Notes under the pieces: generated by a model
What the model was told of the DNA's origin: nothing
Seen by the model: only the letters and a program-made list of their open reading frames with translations
The model's database searches: none
Position numbers and translations under genes: made by a program
In this document: in pieces, positions 1-9,522 of the stretch
How positions within the stretch are numbered: the stretch's first letter is position 1
How the letters are laid out: the number at the start of each line of letters is the position of its first letter
Virus record (IMG/VR): IMGVR_UViG_3300045988_038517
Location: 1-38,470 of that record
Direction: 5' to 3' (one strand)
From: a virus
DNA length: 38,470 nucleotides

Positions 1-119
1 CAATACGGCACACGCGCTGCAATATCAACTTGGCATAGCTGGTCAACGTACCGCAACCGGGCGATTTTCCGGTCATACCTCCCAAGCGGCGCACGTTTTA
101 TCACAGCTTTTATCTGTTC
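1..119. repeat. Terminal overlap, copy 1 (identical to 38352-38470)
   Basis: Read base by base: caatacggcacacgcgctgc...cacagcttttatctgttc occurs at both ends of the window. Confidence 0.95.
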
Positions 120-123
120 TGCA

Positions 124-369
124 TTAAGCCCTTGCAACGCTGGTGGAAAAACTACACGAGCCGCCGCCACAGACAGCACCGAGCCAAAAAGGCTGCGGCA
201 GCTGTCCAGCGTTGCGCACCATAGTGCCAAGCGCGGCAAACCGGTGACAAAACGTCACCATTTTGCCGACGTTGTCAAAATGGTATGTTTTCGTGAGGTC
301 AAGAAAACGTCCGTGTGTGGCGTGCATTTTGTTGGAGTCAACAAAATGCTCATATGTAGTGCTTGCCAT
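124..369 (-). CDS. Hypothetical protein, 81 aa, last gene of the lysis cassette
   Basis: The ATG at 369 lies 5 nt after AAGGAGGA, which directly follows the holin stop. No family recognised. The 96-aa ORF-track start has no RBS. Confidence 0.45.
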   Translation of the reverse strand: MASTTYEHFVDSNKMHATHGRFLDLTKTYHFDNVGKMVTFCHRFAALGTMVRNAGQLPQPFWLGAVCGGGSCSFSTSVARA

Positions 370-379
370 GATATCCTCC

Positions 380-721
380 TTACTGCTTTTGTAGCGCTGC
401 CCTTGCGCGGTCAAAGAAAAACTGAATGACCTTGCTCATGGTCTCTTCGGTGATTGCCCAGCTGACCAGCTTGCCCCACCGGCTGTTGTTCAGATAGGTG
501 CGCAGCATCTTGACGCACCACGCCTTGCGCTCTGCGCCGCGCTTCGTGCCTTGAATCTCGCGCTCTGCTTGGTCGATAAGGTCAAGCACCAGCGTCTTGA
601 CCGCTGCGCCGTAGCCCAGACGGATAAGCCCCAGCACAAGCGACACAACGCCCACAACAATGAGCAACAGCGCCAGCCACGAGGGCAGCGGGGTGAGAAT
701 GGTGTTAAGGATTGCTTCCAT
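380..721 (-). CDS. Holin, LL-H-like (one N-terminal TM helix plus a charged C-terminal domain)
   Basis: 113 aa with TM segment WLALLLIVVGVVSLVLGLI followed by a basic/acidic tail. Size, topology and position beside the endolysin match LL-H-type holins. The start overlaps the upstream gene by 17 nt. Confidence 0.6.
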   Translation of the reverse strand: MEAILNTILTPLPSWLALLLIVVGVVSLVLGLIRLGYGAAVKTLVLDLIDQAEREIQGTKRGAERKAWCVKMLRTYLNNSRWGKLVSWAITEETMSKVIQFFFDRARAALQKQ

Positions 722-1094
722 GATTGGTTACTCCTTTCAGCAGGTAATTGTTAATGTCGGTCTTGCTTTTTTGCATACCTTCCCGGTTGTTGCCGGATAG
801 TTGCGCATCCAAAAGGTTCTGCACCCCAACGAGGACAAGTCGCATTTCTTCGTCAATGCCGTCAAATCGCCGGAGGTCTCTTGCAAGGGCCTGTGTGTGT
901 TGGAGCTGACCCTGTTCCAAGGTGCCGACGCGCTTGTCCAGCTCATCCAGCCGCTTGTTCTGCGCGTTGTCCGGAGCCTGTGCCTTCTTGATGTACTTAT
1001 GGATGATTTCCAGTACCTTATCAATCGTAATAGCAGCGGCGCACAGGCTGCCTAGGATGCCCAACACCCACAGCAAAGCTTCTTTTTCGCTCAT
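705..1094 (-). CDS. Membrane-anchored coiled-coil protein of the lysis cassette (function unknown)
   Basis: The real start is MSEKEALL, with an ATGA overlap onto the endolysin stop. It has an N-terminal TM helix (LLWVLGILGSLCAAAITI) and a long heptad-like region. The 298-aa ORF-track form is an out-of-frame run through the lysin gene. Confidence 0.55.
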   Translation of the reverse strand: MSEKEALLWVLGILGSLCAAAITIDKVLEIIHKYIKKAQAPDNAQNKRLDELDKRVGTLEQGQLQHTQALARDLRRFDGIDEEMRLVLVGVQNLLDAQLSGNNREGMQKSKTDINNYLLKGVTNHGSNP

Positions 1095-1774
1095 GCGCCA
1101 TCCCGGAGCCGGTCCAGCCCCTTTTTTGCGATAATGGCGGCGTAGTCCTTGTAAGCGTGGGAAAGGTCTGCGTTGCCCGTGATGCCCGGCACACTGGCGG
1201 TGCTGGTGTACTGCCACATGCCAAAAGAAAAGTCTGTTTTGGGCTTGTCTTCCGGTTTGGTTTTGCTCTTGTCTCTGGGATATCTTGCCAGCCATACATC
1301 GTACTTGCGCAGTGCAGCGCCGCCCATATACAGCCGGGTCTTGCCGAATTTGAGACCGGTGTACAGCAGAGCGTAGAAGCCCCACTGCTCGATGGTCGCC
1401 AGCGCATACGCGGTCAGGTCGGTCAACGCCTGCTTGCCAAGCTTGCGAAGCTTGTTGTCCTCCACATCCACGCAGATCGGCAGCTCGAAGGTTTTCCCGG
1501 TCAACGCAGTTTTGAGCATGGCCAGCTCTGCGTCGGCACTGGTATGCGAGACGGCGTAGGTGTAGTAGTACACGCCCACCGGCAAGCCGACACGCTTGCA
1601 CTCGGCATAATTGTGCTCAAACGTCGGGTCAATGTACAACCCGTCCTTGCGCTTGCTCAGCTTTCGGTTGGTGGACACCGTCTTGAGCATCACGCCGGCA
1701 ACCTTTCCGCTGGCCTTGACCGCATCCCAGTTAATCCTGCCTTGCCAGCGGGAAACGTCCATAATGGGGAGCAT
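1091..1774 (-). CDS. Endolysin, glycoside hydrolase family 25 muramidase
   Basis: MLPIMDVSRWQGRINWDAVKASG..., GVYYYTYA and DVWLARY.. are typical GH25 lysozyme motifs. The ATG at 1774 is preceded by AGAAAGGA. The TTG at 1813 was rejected. Confidence 0.85.
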   Translation of the reverse strand: MLPIMDVSRWQGRINWDAVKASGKVAGVMLKTVSTNRKLSKRKDGLYIDPTFEHNYAECKRVGLPVGVYYYTYAVSHTSADAELAMLKTALTGKTFELPICVDVEDNKLRKLGKQALTDLTAYALATIEQWGFYALLYTGLKFGKTRLYMGGAALRKYDVWLARYPRDKSKTKPEDKPKTDFSFGMWQYTSTASVPGITGNADLSHAYKDYAAIIAKKGLDRLRDGA

Positions 1775-1825
1775 TGTTATCAGTCCTTTCTTTTTATGTT
1801 GGTGAATAGTCAAATAAAGCCCTCT

Positions 1826-4093
1826 TTAGTTAATTGGTACCCAGCCAAGCCACGCTTTAGTTGTGTCCTCATCCCAAAATCTCATGTAGACTTTACATGT
1901 CTGATAAGATATCCATTTTTGATAAGACCATCCTGCGTATCCTTTATCATGATAGGTTTCCAAGATACCTGCTTGAGTTGGAAATCCTGCTGAACTTCCT
2001 TGAGAATAATTCACAGTGATTATGCTTGTCATTCCAGTTTTGAAATCTGTAATAGGTGAATTATTGCTAAGCTTTTCTCCTTTGAAGCCACCAACTTGTA
2101 CGGTAAACAAATTTGTAGCAAATCCTTTTCGCCCAATGAAAAGATACTCCTCATCAACATCACCGACCGCTACCAGATTCCGCTTTAATGCAAATGCTTC
2201 GCTCGGAGAAAGTATTTTGATCCCTTTACCAACAATGTAATCAATCAAATTAGAAAGCATCTCAATTTGATTTTCTGTTGTATGGGTGTCTGAAACACCG
2301 ACATGTGTATTAAAGATTAACCATTCCCCAGTTTCATATGCTGAGTCAATACATGCTTTATAATATTCCAATGTATCAGTTCCCTCAATGCCACTAATTT
2401 GAGGATTATATGATTCATAACTTCCATAGGCAAGACGATAAATTTTTGATGGGTCTATAAATTCATTACCATTTCGTGCAATTCCAGTAAAGCAATAATC
2501 AAAATATTTTCTAGCTTCCGTCCTGGATAATCTGTCTGTTGTATTTTGCGGAAAAACAAATGCGGAATACTCAAATCCATTTGACTTCAACCAGTTTTTA
2601 GATTCATTATACTGGTAGTCCATTTGAGTTTTTGTTAATGTCGGCATTTTATTGTAATTCGTGTGGCAATGTGATAATGTCTCAATATGTCCACTACTGT
2701 GCATTTCTTTTAATTGGTCAAGTGTAAGCAATCCGCTCGCTTCTCCAATTTTTCCTGTAACAAGAGCCACCCCGAATTTAATATTTTTCTCCTTTAAAAG
2801 TGGGTATAATGCCGTGTAAACAGCCTTGTCACCATCATCATCAATAAATGTAACCACACAATCTTCAACAGATGGCGCAGCGTTTACATACGGGAGAGTC
2901 AAACTAGATACTTCGACTTTTGTACAAGTTTGTTTTGAATTTTCTATTTTTCTATCAACTTGTGGCAAAATATAATCATCAACTGCTTTTTTTCCGTTAT
3001 CAGTCAATTCAATAGTTTCTTTATAATCTCCAATATTATTTATTGTTGATACATAAAATTTATTTTTTATATTTATAGTCGCGCTCGTTTGATAGAAAGC
3101 ACAATTTTCTGGTGTGGTAAATTGCCCTGTTGTGTCTGGGAATAACCATTTTATGATATTTTTATCTTTATCATAAAATACACCGTCACCATTTTCGTTT
3201 TTAAAATATTGTGTATTTGGTTCAACTGGAATAATATGAGTTATAAAATATGCTTTATTGGCAATTCTTCTTCCTTTATTAAGATAATATCCGTCAATAT
3301 TTTCCTCTGATTTTTTGTTGAACCTATTGGATGAATATTGGTATTCTAACGCATCAATTTTTTCTTTACCTTTTAAAAGTCTTTCAACACTTTTGTTTGA
3401 TATTTCAGTCTTATCGCCAGTATAAGCTATAACATTTACGATCGCCCATTTAGATTCACCAATATATTTAGTATATTTGTCTACGGTTTTAACGGAACAT
3501 CTAATATATTTTGCATTGGCATCAGTTGTAAATGGCGATTCATTCCATGCAATCGTTCTCACATACTTGTGTGCGGAATCATAGAGCACGCATGCGGCTT
3601 CGAAATTTTGATAATATTGTTTCCCCGGTTCAATCAACATTTCATCGGAAATATAATAATCTGCATTTTTGGAAGTGTTTTCTTTCGTCCCGGTATAAAT
3701 CTCGCCGTTAATATATGGAGCTGCCTCGGCATTAAACCTGTTCTGACTTAACGGCACACTCTTAAAAAAATCGGTCTTTTCAACTGTTACTGCGCCATCT
3801 TTTGTAGTCTCTAATGTTACTAAATCTTCCTTTAGCTGACTAACCCCCTTCGCGTTCTCCTCCTCCGCTGCCTTCGCTCTGGTTGCCTCCGCATTGACCG
3901 CCTCGCCCACCTTCGCCGCATCCGCAGCCTTGCCGGAGAGGGAGAGGGTGGGGTCGATGGCTTTCTGGATGTTTTCGCCTGCCGTATTTGCAAACTGCTC
4001 CACGTACTCGCCCATCTGGGCGATATCTTCGCGCACTTCCTTGCCCAGAACTGCGTTGCGGATCCCGTCGATGACTTCTTTCCATGGCTTCAT
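1826..4093 (-). CDS. Tail fiber / receptor-binding protein with an internal polysaccharide deacetylase (CE4, NodB-type) domain
   Basis: 755 aa, the last structural gene before lysis. It has a GC-rich conserved N-terminal anchor (about aa 1-85) and two internally similar ~100-aa modules (aa ~115-205 and ~255-345). NodB-like motifs are VTFIDDDGD and HSSGHIETLSHCH (aa ~412-636, nt ~2186-2860). Confidence 0.8.
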   Translation of the reverse strand: MKPWKEVIDGIRNAVLGKEVREDIAQMGEYVEQFANTAGENIQKAIDPTLSLSGKAADAAKVGEAVNAEATRAKAAEEENAKGVSQLKEDLVTLETTKDGAVTVEKTDFFKSVPLSQNRFNAEAAPYINGEIYTGTKENTSKNADYYISDEMLIEPGKQYYQNFEAACVLYDSAHKYVRTIAWNESPFTTDANAKYIRCSVKTVDKYTKYIGESKWAIVNVIAYTGDKTEISNKSVERLLKGKEKIDALEYQYSSNRFNKKSEENIDGYYLNKGRRIANKAYFITHIIPVEPNTQYFKNENGDGVFYDKDKNIIKWLFPDTTGQFTTPENCAFYQTSATINIKNKFYVSTINNIGDYKETIELTDNGKKAVDDYILPQVDRKIENSKQTCTKVEVSSLTLPYVNAAPSVEDCVVTFIDDDGDKAVYTALYPLLKEKNIKFGVALVTGKIGEASGLLTLDQLKEMHSSGHIETLSHCHTNYNKMPTLTKTQMDYQYNESKNWLKSNGFEYSAFVFPQNTTDRLSRTEARKYFDYCFTGIARNGNEFIDPSKIYRLAYGSYESYNPQISGIEGTDTLEYYKACIDSAYETGEWLIFNTHVGVSDTHTTENQIEMLSNLIDYIVGKGIKILSPSEAFALKRNLVAVGDVDEEYLFIGRKGFATNLFTVQVGGFKGEKLSNNSPITDFKTGMTSIITVNYSQGSSAGFPTQAGILETYHDKGYAGWSYQKWISYQTCKVYMRFWDEDTTKAWLGWVPIN

Positions 4094-4641
4094 AATCTGC
4101 CCACCTCCGTTGGAGTTGCATAAATCGTATCAGTTTCAAAGTTGAACGTATCCCACAGCCAGTCGTTCCCTGCAATTGCCGTTCGGCTGAACTTGTATGG
4201 GTTACAAGTGGCCATAATCGTTACGGTTGCGCTGTGATCTCCTGGTTTGAGCTCGACATCAAAAAAGCCATTCCATATCCAGGATGGATCCAGCTCAAAA
4301 TAAAATTGCAGCCATTGACCTTGCAGTGCGGTCTCCAAATCACTTCGGACAATCTCCCATGTTTTTTTGGGCCGGAGAACAGTGAATTCCATCGTGATCG
4401 TTCGCTTTTTGAAGTGCACCTTTCCGTCCAACGAACGGGTCAGGTTCAGAACCTTATCAGAGCCTGGCACATAGACCAGATTCGATTCGGTCTCAGCTTT
4501 CCCAATGGCGGGATAGCTTTTGTTAATCCACAAGCCAAACCGAGACCGAAGCGATGTTTCTTTCCCTTCAAGAAACACATGAACGTCATTCAGGCGAGGG
4601 TTCTTTGCCGCTGCGGAATTGATCGACTCATAAAAATTCAT
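4090..4641 (-). CDS. Distal tail protein (Dit)-like baseplate hub component
   Basis: 183 aa. The pattern FGLWI...VYVPGSDKVLNL...RTITMEFTVL...LQFYFELDP..W.G...ATCNPYKF resembles the Sipho_tail/Dit fold signature. ATGA overlaps occur at both ends. Confidence 0.45.
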   Translation of the reverse strand: MNFYESINSAAAKNPRLNDVHVFLEGKETSLRSRFGLWINKSYPAIGKAETESNLVYVPGSDKVLNLTRSLDGKVHFKKRTITMEFTVLRPKKTWEIVRSDLETALQGQWLQFYFELDPSWIWNGFFDVELKPGDHSATVTIMATCNPYKFSRTAIAGNDWLWDTFNFETDTIYATPTEVGRL

Positions 4642-4844
4642 TCATCCGCAGCCTCCTCTTCATCCAGTGTCGGGTCGTAGACCAGCTGGCCGTCCCGGAC
4701 TTTGTAGGTCTTCCGGAAAGGTCGCCCATCCGGGATGCTTTCCATGTACAGGACGCCGTCCGGAGTTGGATGTGCGTTGTATGCCGGGTCAACGCTTCCG
4801 ACGCTCATAATGGTTCCGTCCTCTTTGTAGGTAATCATGTACAT
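4638..4844 (-). CDS. Small tail-module protein, hypothetical
   Basis: 68 aa. AAGGAG lies 8 nt before the ATG, and the stop overlaps the next start (ATGA). The C-terminus is acidic. Confidence 0.5.
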   Translation of the reverse strand: MYMITYKEDGTIMSVGSVDPAYNAHPTPDGVLYMESIPDGRPFRKTYKVRDGQLVYDPTLDEEEAADE

Positions 4845-4856
4845 CCAAAAATCTCC

Positions 4857-6776
4857 TTACATCAACCCGTAAACGGAACATGGAACGCAGCAGGTGTCAT
4901 GTTTGCTAAACTTCACGCCAACAGCGCCTTCTTTGTAATATCCAGCTTGTCCAAATGTTATCCCGCTATATGAAACGTGGACTCTTCGGACTCTCGGATA
5001 GTCCCACACACGGCTTGCAATCGACCAAATTCCATTGATGGGGAAAACGGTATACTGCAAGTCGCTTCCGTTCACTCCGATGCCGTCCAAACCGGTGTAG
5101 TATTCACCGAATCCAATCACAATGGCGGAATATGGGCGCAATCGGCCATCGTTGCAGATCACAGCGCCATCGCCCATGCCGCTGTCGGGGTCGCCGTTCT
5201 CCCAAATTTTGTCCTGTCGAATGCCGAAGAATGTAATCTTTCCGGAATCGATGGTGCAGCTTCCGTTGCCGTCGGTGATGGAGATGCTGTCCGATTGGAT
5301 GTTGACCATGCTGGAATCGTTGAGGACCTTTACGCCGTCATGGGTGATCTGCACCCGCTTGCCGGGCAGGGATTCATGCCGGATGATCAGACCGTCGGTC
5401 TCGCTCCATTCCAGAAAGTTTGTCGCGGTCTTGGCTGCTTCTGTCACGTTTTTGTCCGTTTTCTTCAGATGCTCGATGAGCTGCTGGTTATAGCTTTCTG
5501 AGGCTGCGTTGCTCTCATCCAGCAGGTTCGTCTTGCCGAGGTTTTCCACATGCCGGTCGGTCAGGGTGCGGCGGGTCATGCCGAAGCTGTACTCTTTCTT
5601 TTCGGGGTGGTCGAGCGGCTCGGTCAGCTTGGAGCAGAGCATAATGGCGTCGACACTGTGCGGCGCGCTCAGAATGTGGGCATAGCAGGCAAAGGTCAGG
5701 CGCTCGGTGTCGTAACCGGCATCCACAAGGTCCACGGCCTTGATGGTGTAGCTCGTGACCATCAGATGGTTCTGCTGAAGCGCCTGCACACCGGCGGCAA
5801 AGGTATCGTTGGCGCTGTCGGTGTCGAACTCCACGATGCGCGCAAGGACGCCGAACTTTTTGACGGCGTCGGTGTTCTCGATGTAGCCATCCTCCAGATC
5901 GTACCGGTATCCGGACGGCGGCAGATATTTCTGGATGGTCGCGGAGTCGGTATCCATGATGCCGTAGCGCTCCTCGTGCTCATCCGTGTATTTCCCCAGC
6001 CCGCCGGGGAGCCACTTGAACTTATACTTCCACCGGGTCTCCTTCACGGTGTGCTTGTTGCCCACCGGATAGATGCGGGTGTATAAGCCGTTCGTGTCGG
6101 TCTTTTCGGTCAGGTCGAGCAGGTTGACGCCGTACTCGATCTTTTGGGCCGTCACCCGCTTTTCTTCCACTGCCTGGTCGCAATAGTTCAGGACATTGTA
6201 ACCCGTCGCTGCGTCAAACGTGCAGTAGGCGTACCCGCCGAAGACCTTGAGCACCAGCTTGTCGATGATGTCCCAGCACTTGCCGTAGTCCTCGCCGACG
6301 CCGTACTGGTCTGCGTCGCCGAAATGGACCACCTGGTCGCCCAAGGCAGCCGTCACGGTGCCCAGCTCGAACATCTTCATCTTCTGGCCGACCTGCGCGT
6401 TGTGCACGTCGATGAGGTGCTGCAAAAACTGCTTCAGTGTCCCCTCATAGTTGAAGGGCGTCACGCAGGAATCGTTAAAAAACGAGAGCGCACCCTCGCA
6501 GTAGACAGCCCGGTTGTTGTACCAGTCCGCCTCATGACTGAAGATGCGCCCGCGCCAGGTCTCCTTTCCGTCCTGCTTCACCACGACCACCGTGGACATC
6601 TTTTGCAGCATCTCGTACATCGGATGTTCACGGGTCATGGTGAAGGTCAGGCTCCCGCCCTTGCTGACCTCGCGGGTCAGTTTCGGGCTGAGGACCGTGC
6701 CGTTTTTGTTGCCCGGCTGATAGATGAGCAGCTCCGCGTCCGGGTTGCCGTAGGGATAGCCGTAGATTTCGTACAT
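4857..6776 (-). CDS. Tail-associated protein (Tal-like; phage minor structural protein / prophage-tail N-terminal region)
   Basis: 639 aa, immediately after the tape measure gene. The N-terminus (LSPKLTREVSKGGSLTFTM...VVVKQDGKETWRGRI) matches the pattern of Gram-positive siphophage Tal/anti-receptor N-domains. Confidence 0.65.
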   Translation of the reverse strand: MYEIYGYPYGNPDAELLIYQPGNKNGTVLSPKLTREVSKGGSLTFTMTREHPMYEMLQKMSTVVVVKQDGKETWRGRIFSHEADWYNNRAVYCEGALSFFNDSCVTPFNYEGTLKQFLQHLIDVHNAQVGQKMKMFELGTVTAALGDQVVHFGDADQYGVGEDYGKCWDIIDKLVLKVFGGYAYCTFDAATGYNVLNYCDQAVEEKRVTAQKIEYGVNLLDLTEKTDTNGLYTRIYPVGNKHTVKETRWKYKFKWLPGGLGKYTDEHEERYGIMDTDSATIQKYLPPSGYRYDLEDGYIENTDAVKKFGVLARIVEFDTDSANDTFAAGVQALQQNHLMVTSYTIKAVDLVDAGYDTERLTFACYAHILSAPHSVDAIMLCSKLTEPLDHPEKKEYSFGMTRRTLTDRHVENLGKTNLLDESNAASESYNQQLIEHLKKTDKNVTEAAKTATNFLEWSETDGLIIRHESLPGKRVQITHDGVKVLNDSSMVNIQSDSISITDGNGSCTIDSGKITFFGIRQDKIWENGDPDSGMGDGAVICNDGRLRPYSAIVIGFGEYYTGLDGIGVNGSDLQYTVFPINGIWSIASRVWDYPRVRRVHVSYSGITFGQAGYYKEGAVGVKFSKHDTCCVPCSVYGLM

Positions 6777-6781
6777 TGTTT

Positions 6782-9508
6782 TCAGTTCCCCCTTCCGCTC
6801 AGGACGGCCAGCTGGCCCAGATTTGCATTGACGTTCGGTGTGATGATGCGGGCCACCTCTTCGCCGTCCAGCGCGACGACGCCCTTGCCGGTCTCCGGCA
6901 GATACTTTTCCACAAACTCACAGATGCGGGCAATCTCGGTCTGCATCTTGCTCTGGTAGTCGCTCATCGTGGACTGTTGGCGGAAGGTGTAGGGGTCCGT
7001 GCGGTAGTCGTAGCCCGCAAAGGCCCGCTCGTTGCCGTACCAGTAGGCGTCCTGAATATCCTTGTAGGACAGCTTGGAGCTGGAGCTTGCCTTTTTCTCG
7101 GTCTGGTCCTTGTCCTTCGTGGCCCACTTGTAGATGCCGTAGCCCACAGCACCCACCGCCAGCACACCGGCCACGATGAGGCCGATCTGGGGGATGGACA
7201 GACCCAGTGCGGCCACCCCAGTGCCGGCCGTTGCAGCTCCTGCTGTTCCTGCAGCCCCGGCCGTTCCCGCAGCGACCGTTGCACCGCCTGCCCCGATAAG
7301 CTTGCCGATGCCGGAGACCACGCTGGAAATGCCGCCGGTGGCGTTGACGGCCTCGATGGTGGTCTTCAGGGTCTGCAGCGTCGTGACCAGCGTTTCAACG
7401 CTTGTTGCAAAATTGAGGGCCTGCGACACGCCGTTTGTGATGATCGTGAAAAAGTCACCGGCGTTCTGCAAGGTCTCGCTGTCGAAGAACTCGCCCAGGC
7501 TGGTCAGAGAGCTTCCAAAATCCGAAAACGCCGCATTGAACTCACTGATAAGGTTCTTGAACTTATTTGCTTGGGCGTTCGCGCGGTTGTTGTTCTTCTG
7601 GTATTCCTTTAACGCCTTGCTTGCAGCGTCGAGATTTTCCTCTTCTTCTGTGAGCAGATAACCGATCCGCAGTGTCTGTTCCGAGAACTCCCCGGTGCTG
7701 GCTGCGGACTCGTTGTAAGCGGCCTGCAGCTGGGCCACCATTTCGGCGGCAGCGCCGTAGTTGCTGTTCAGGGTGTCGTACTGGCTCACGACGGCCTGCG
7801 AGGTCTCCTTGCTGTCGGTCTCCACGCCGTCCATCAAGGTCTTGACCTTCGTGTAGGTCTCTAACGCCCCGTTGACGATGCGGGTGCCGGTCTCGGTGGC
7901 CATCTGCTCGATGTGCTCGGAGTTGTCCTGATATTTCTTCGTCACCGATTCGATGGTCGTAGAAACGCCGTTCTTCAGCGTCTGCGCGGTCTGCGTCAGG
8001 GTCGAGACCAGAGACTTCGAGGCGTCCTCATAGGTCTTCTGGGTCGTGGTGGTGACCTTGCCGTTCTCGTCTGTGACTTCTTTGGTGACCAGCTTGTAGT
8101 TTTTCACCACGCCGTTCACCAGCTCCTTGCCGGACTCGGTGGTGGTGCGGGTCAGCTGGTCATAGACCTTGCCGGTGCTGTCCTTGATGTGCTCGGTCAG
8201 CTCGGTGACGGAAGTCGTGATCTGCCCGTACTCATTGGAGGAATAGGACGTGGCCGCGTCGGTCAGGGCGGAGAGGACGGTCTTGGTGACGGTCTTGTTC
8301 TTGTTCTTGTCCGTGCCTCCGTTGCCGCCGCTGGTTATTCCGCTTCCTTCCTTTTCTTCAGCCTGCCGTTCCGTCCAGCTTTTGTTATAGATGCCTTTTC
8401 CGGCAAGTGCATCTTGTCGGCGGCGGTCACGGTTGCTTTGATGGTCTTGCGCGTCTCTGTACTCTTCGTAGCTGTCATAGTCAGAATAGGCGTCCTTTTT
8501 TAGAACATCATGATTCAGCCAATAACTTGCTTTGTCCAGAGCTGTAATCGCGGCGCTCCCAAGTTCGTTAAACTTCTGTTTTACGGAATCAATCGGCCCA
8601 CTCAAGCCAGTAATGGCACCAGCAAGTCCGAGCCAACCATCTTGTTTGTAGGCTTCCTGTGCCGCAACGACCATATCGTTCAGGTTGCCAATAACAACGC
8701 CGATGCCGCTTGAGAGGTCGCCCGTCATAAGCCCCGCCAGTTGGGAAACATTATCTTTCAGTGTGGAAATCCTGCCATTCATGGTCTGACTCTGGGTTTC
8801 CATACTGTTGTAGTAACGTCTGCCCTCTTCGCTGGCAGCGATTAACGCACTAGACAGCAGGTCGTAGCTGACCGTCATATTCTGGACTTCTTCCACTGTT
8901 TTTCCCGTGTAGTCGGCCAGCACCTGATAGATGTTGATTCCAGCAAAAGCAAACTGCTTAATGTCTACTGCGCTAGCTTTTCCAACATTGGCGATCTGCT
9001 GAAGGTTTGCGGCCATACGGGAAAGCTCATCGTTTCCGCCGCCGGTAGCAGATACAGCATCGCCCAGAGCCATAATGACCTTACGAGAACGGCCAGCGTT
9101 TTCGCCTGCACTGATGAGCAGCTGGTTTGCCTGCGTCAGAGATGCAACGTCAAACGGTGTGCGGGCTGCGTCTTCCTGAATGGCCTGCATAGCTTTCTGT
9201 GCTGCCTGTGCGCTGCCCAGCATATTGGTGAAGCCCGTGGTGTACTTTTCTATCTGCGCGTTGTAAGAAACGCCTGTCTCTACAAGGTTTTTTGCTAGTC
9301 CGGCTGCTTTTGTCCCAAGCGAGGTAAGCATATTTGCAAGGACAGTCGCTTTTGCGCTGGCTGCTGCAAACTGGCTTGCCATTCCTGCAACGCCATTCCC
9401 GGCGGTGTTTGCACTGCGGTTCAGCGAATTTGCGGCGCTTTGCGTCTCTTTTCTGGCCTGCTCGATGCCCTGCTCATACTCGGAGGTATCAAGCCCCAAA
9501 GTGGCCAT
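6782..9508 (-). CDS. Tail tape measure protein
   Basis: 908 aa, the longest ORF, located just after the G/GT chaperone. It is Ala/Thr/Gln-rich and helical, with a hydrophobic Gly/Ala segment (GAGGATVAAGTAGAAGTAGAATAGTGVAALGLSIPQIGLIVAGVLAVGAVG). Confidence 0.9.
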   Translation of the reverse strand: MATLGLDTSEYEQGIEQARKETQSAANSLNRSANTAGNGVAGMASQFAAASAKATVLANMLTSLGTKAAGLAKNLVETGVSYNAQIEKYTTGFTNMLGSAQAAQKAMQAIQEDAARTPFDVASLTQANQLLISAGENAGRSRKVIMALGDAVSATGGGNDELSRMAANLQQIANVGKASAVDIKQFAFAGINIYQVLADYTGKTVEEVQNMTVSYDLLSSALIAASEEGRRYYNSMETQSQTMNGRISTLKDNVSQLAGLMTGDLSSGIGVVIGNLNDMVVAAQEAYKQDGWLGLAGAITGLSGPIDSVKQKFNELGSAAITALDKASYWLNHDVLKKDAYSDYDSYEEYRDAQDHQSNRDRRRQDALAGKGIYNKSWTERQAEEKEGSGITSGGNGGTDKNKNKTVTKTVLSALTDAATSYSSNEYGQITTSVTELTEHIKDSTGKVYDQLTRTTTESGKELVNGVVKNYKLVTKEVTDENGKVTTTTQKTYEDASKSLVSTLTQTAQTLKNGVSTTIESVTKKYQDNSEHIEQMATETGTRIVNGALETYTKVKTLMDGVETDSKETSQAVVSQYDTLNSNYGAAAEMVAQLQAAYNESAASTGEFSEQTLRIGYLLTEEEENLDAASKALKEYQKNNNRANAQANKFKNLISEFNAAFSDFGSSLTSLGEFFDSETLQNAGDFFTIITNGVSQALNFATSVETLVTTLQTLKTTIEAVNATGGISSVVSGIGKLIGAGGATVAAGTAGAAGTAGAATAGTGVAALGLSIPQIGLIVAGVLAVGAVGYGIYKWATKDKDQTEKKASSSSKLSYKDIQDAYWYGNERAFAGYDYRTDPYTFRQQSTMSDYQSKMQTEIARICEFVEKYLPETGKGVVALDGEEVARIITPNVNANLGQLAVLSGRGN

Positions 9509-9522
9509 CAGATTAAAAAGAT

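Noticed and set aside
705-1601. 298-aa ORF-track protein overlapping the endolysin
   Set aside because: Only the last 129 codons are supported (start MSEKEALL, ATGA coupling). The upstream 169 codons are an Arg/Gly/Gln-rich out-of-frame run through the GH25 gene.
1775-1813. TTG start giving a 240-aa endolysin
   Set aside because: No RBS precedes the TTG. The ATG at 1774 has AGAAAGGA upstream and begins at the conserved GH25 N-terminus.
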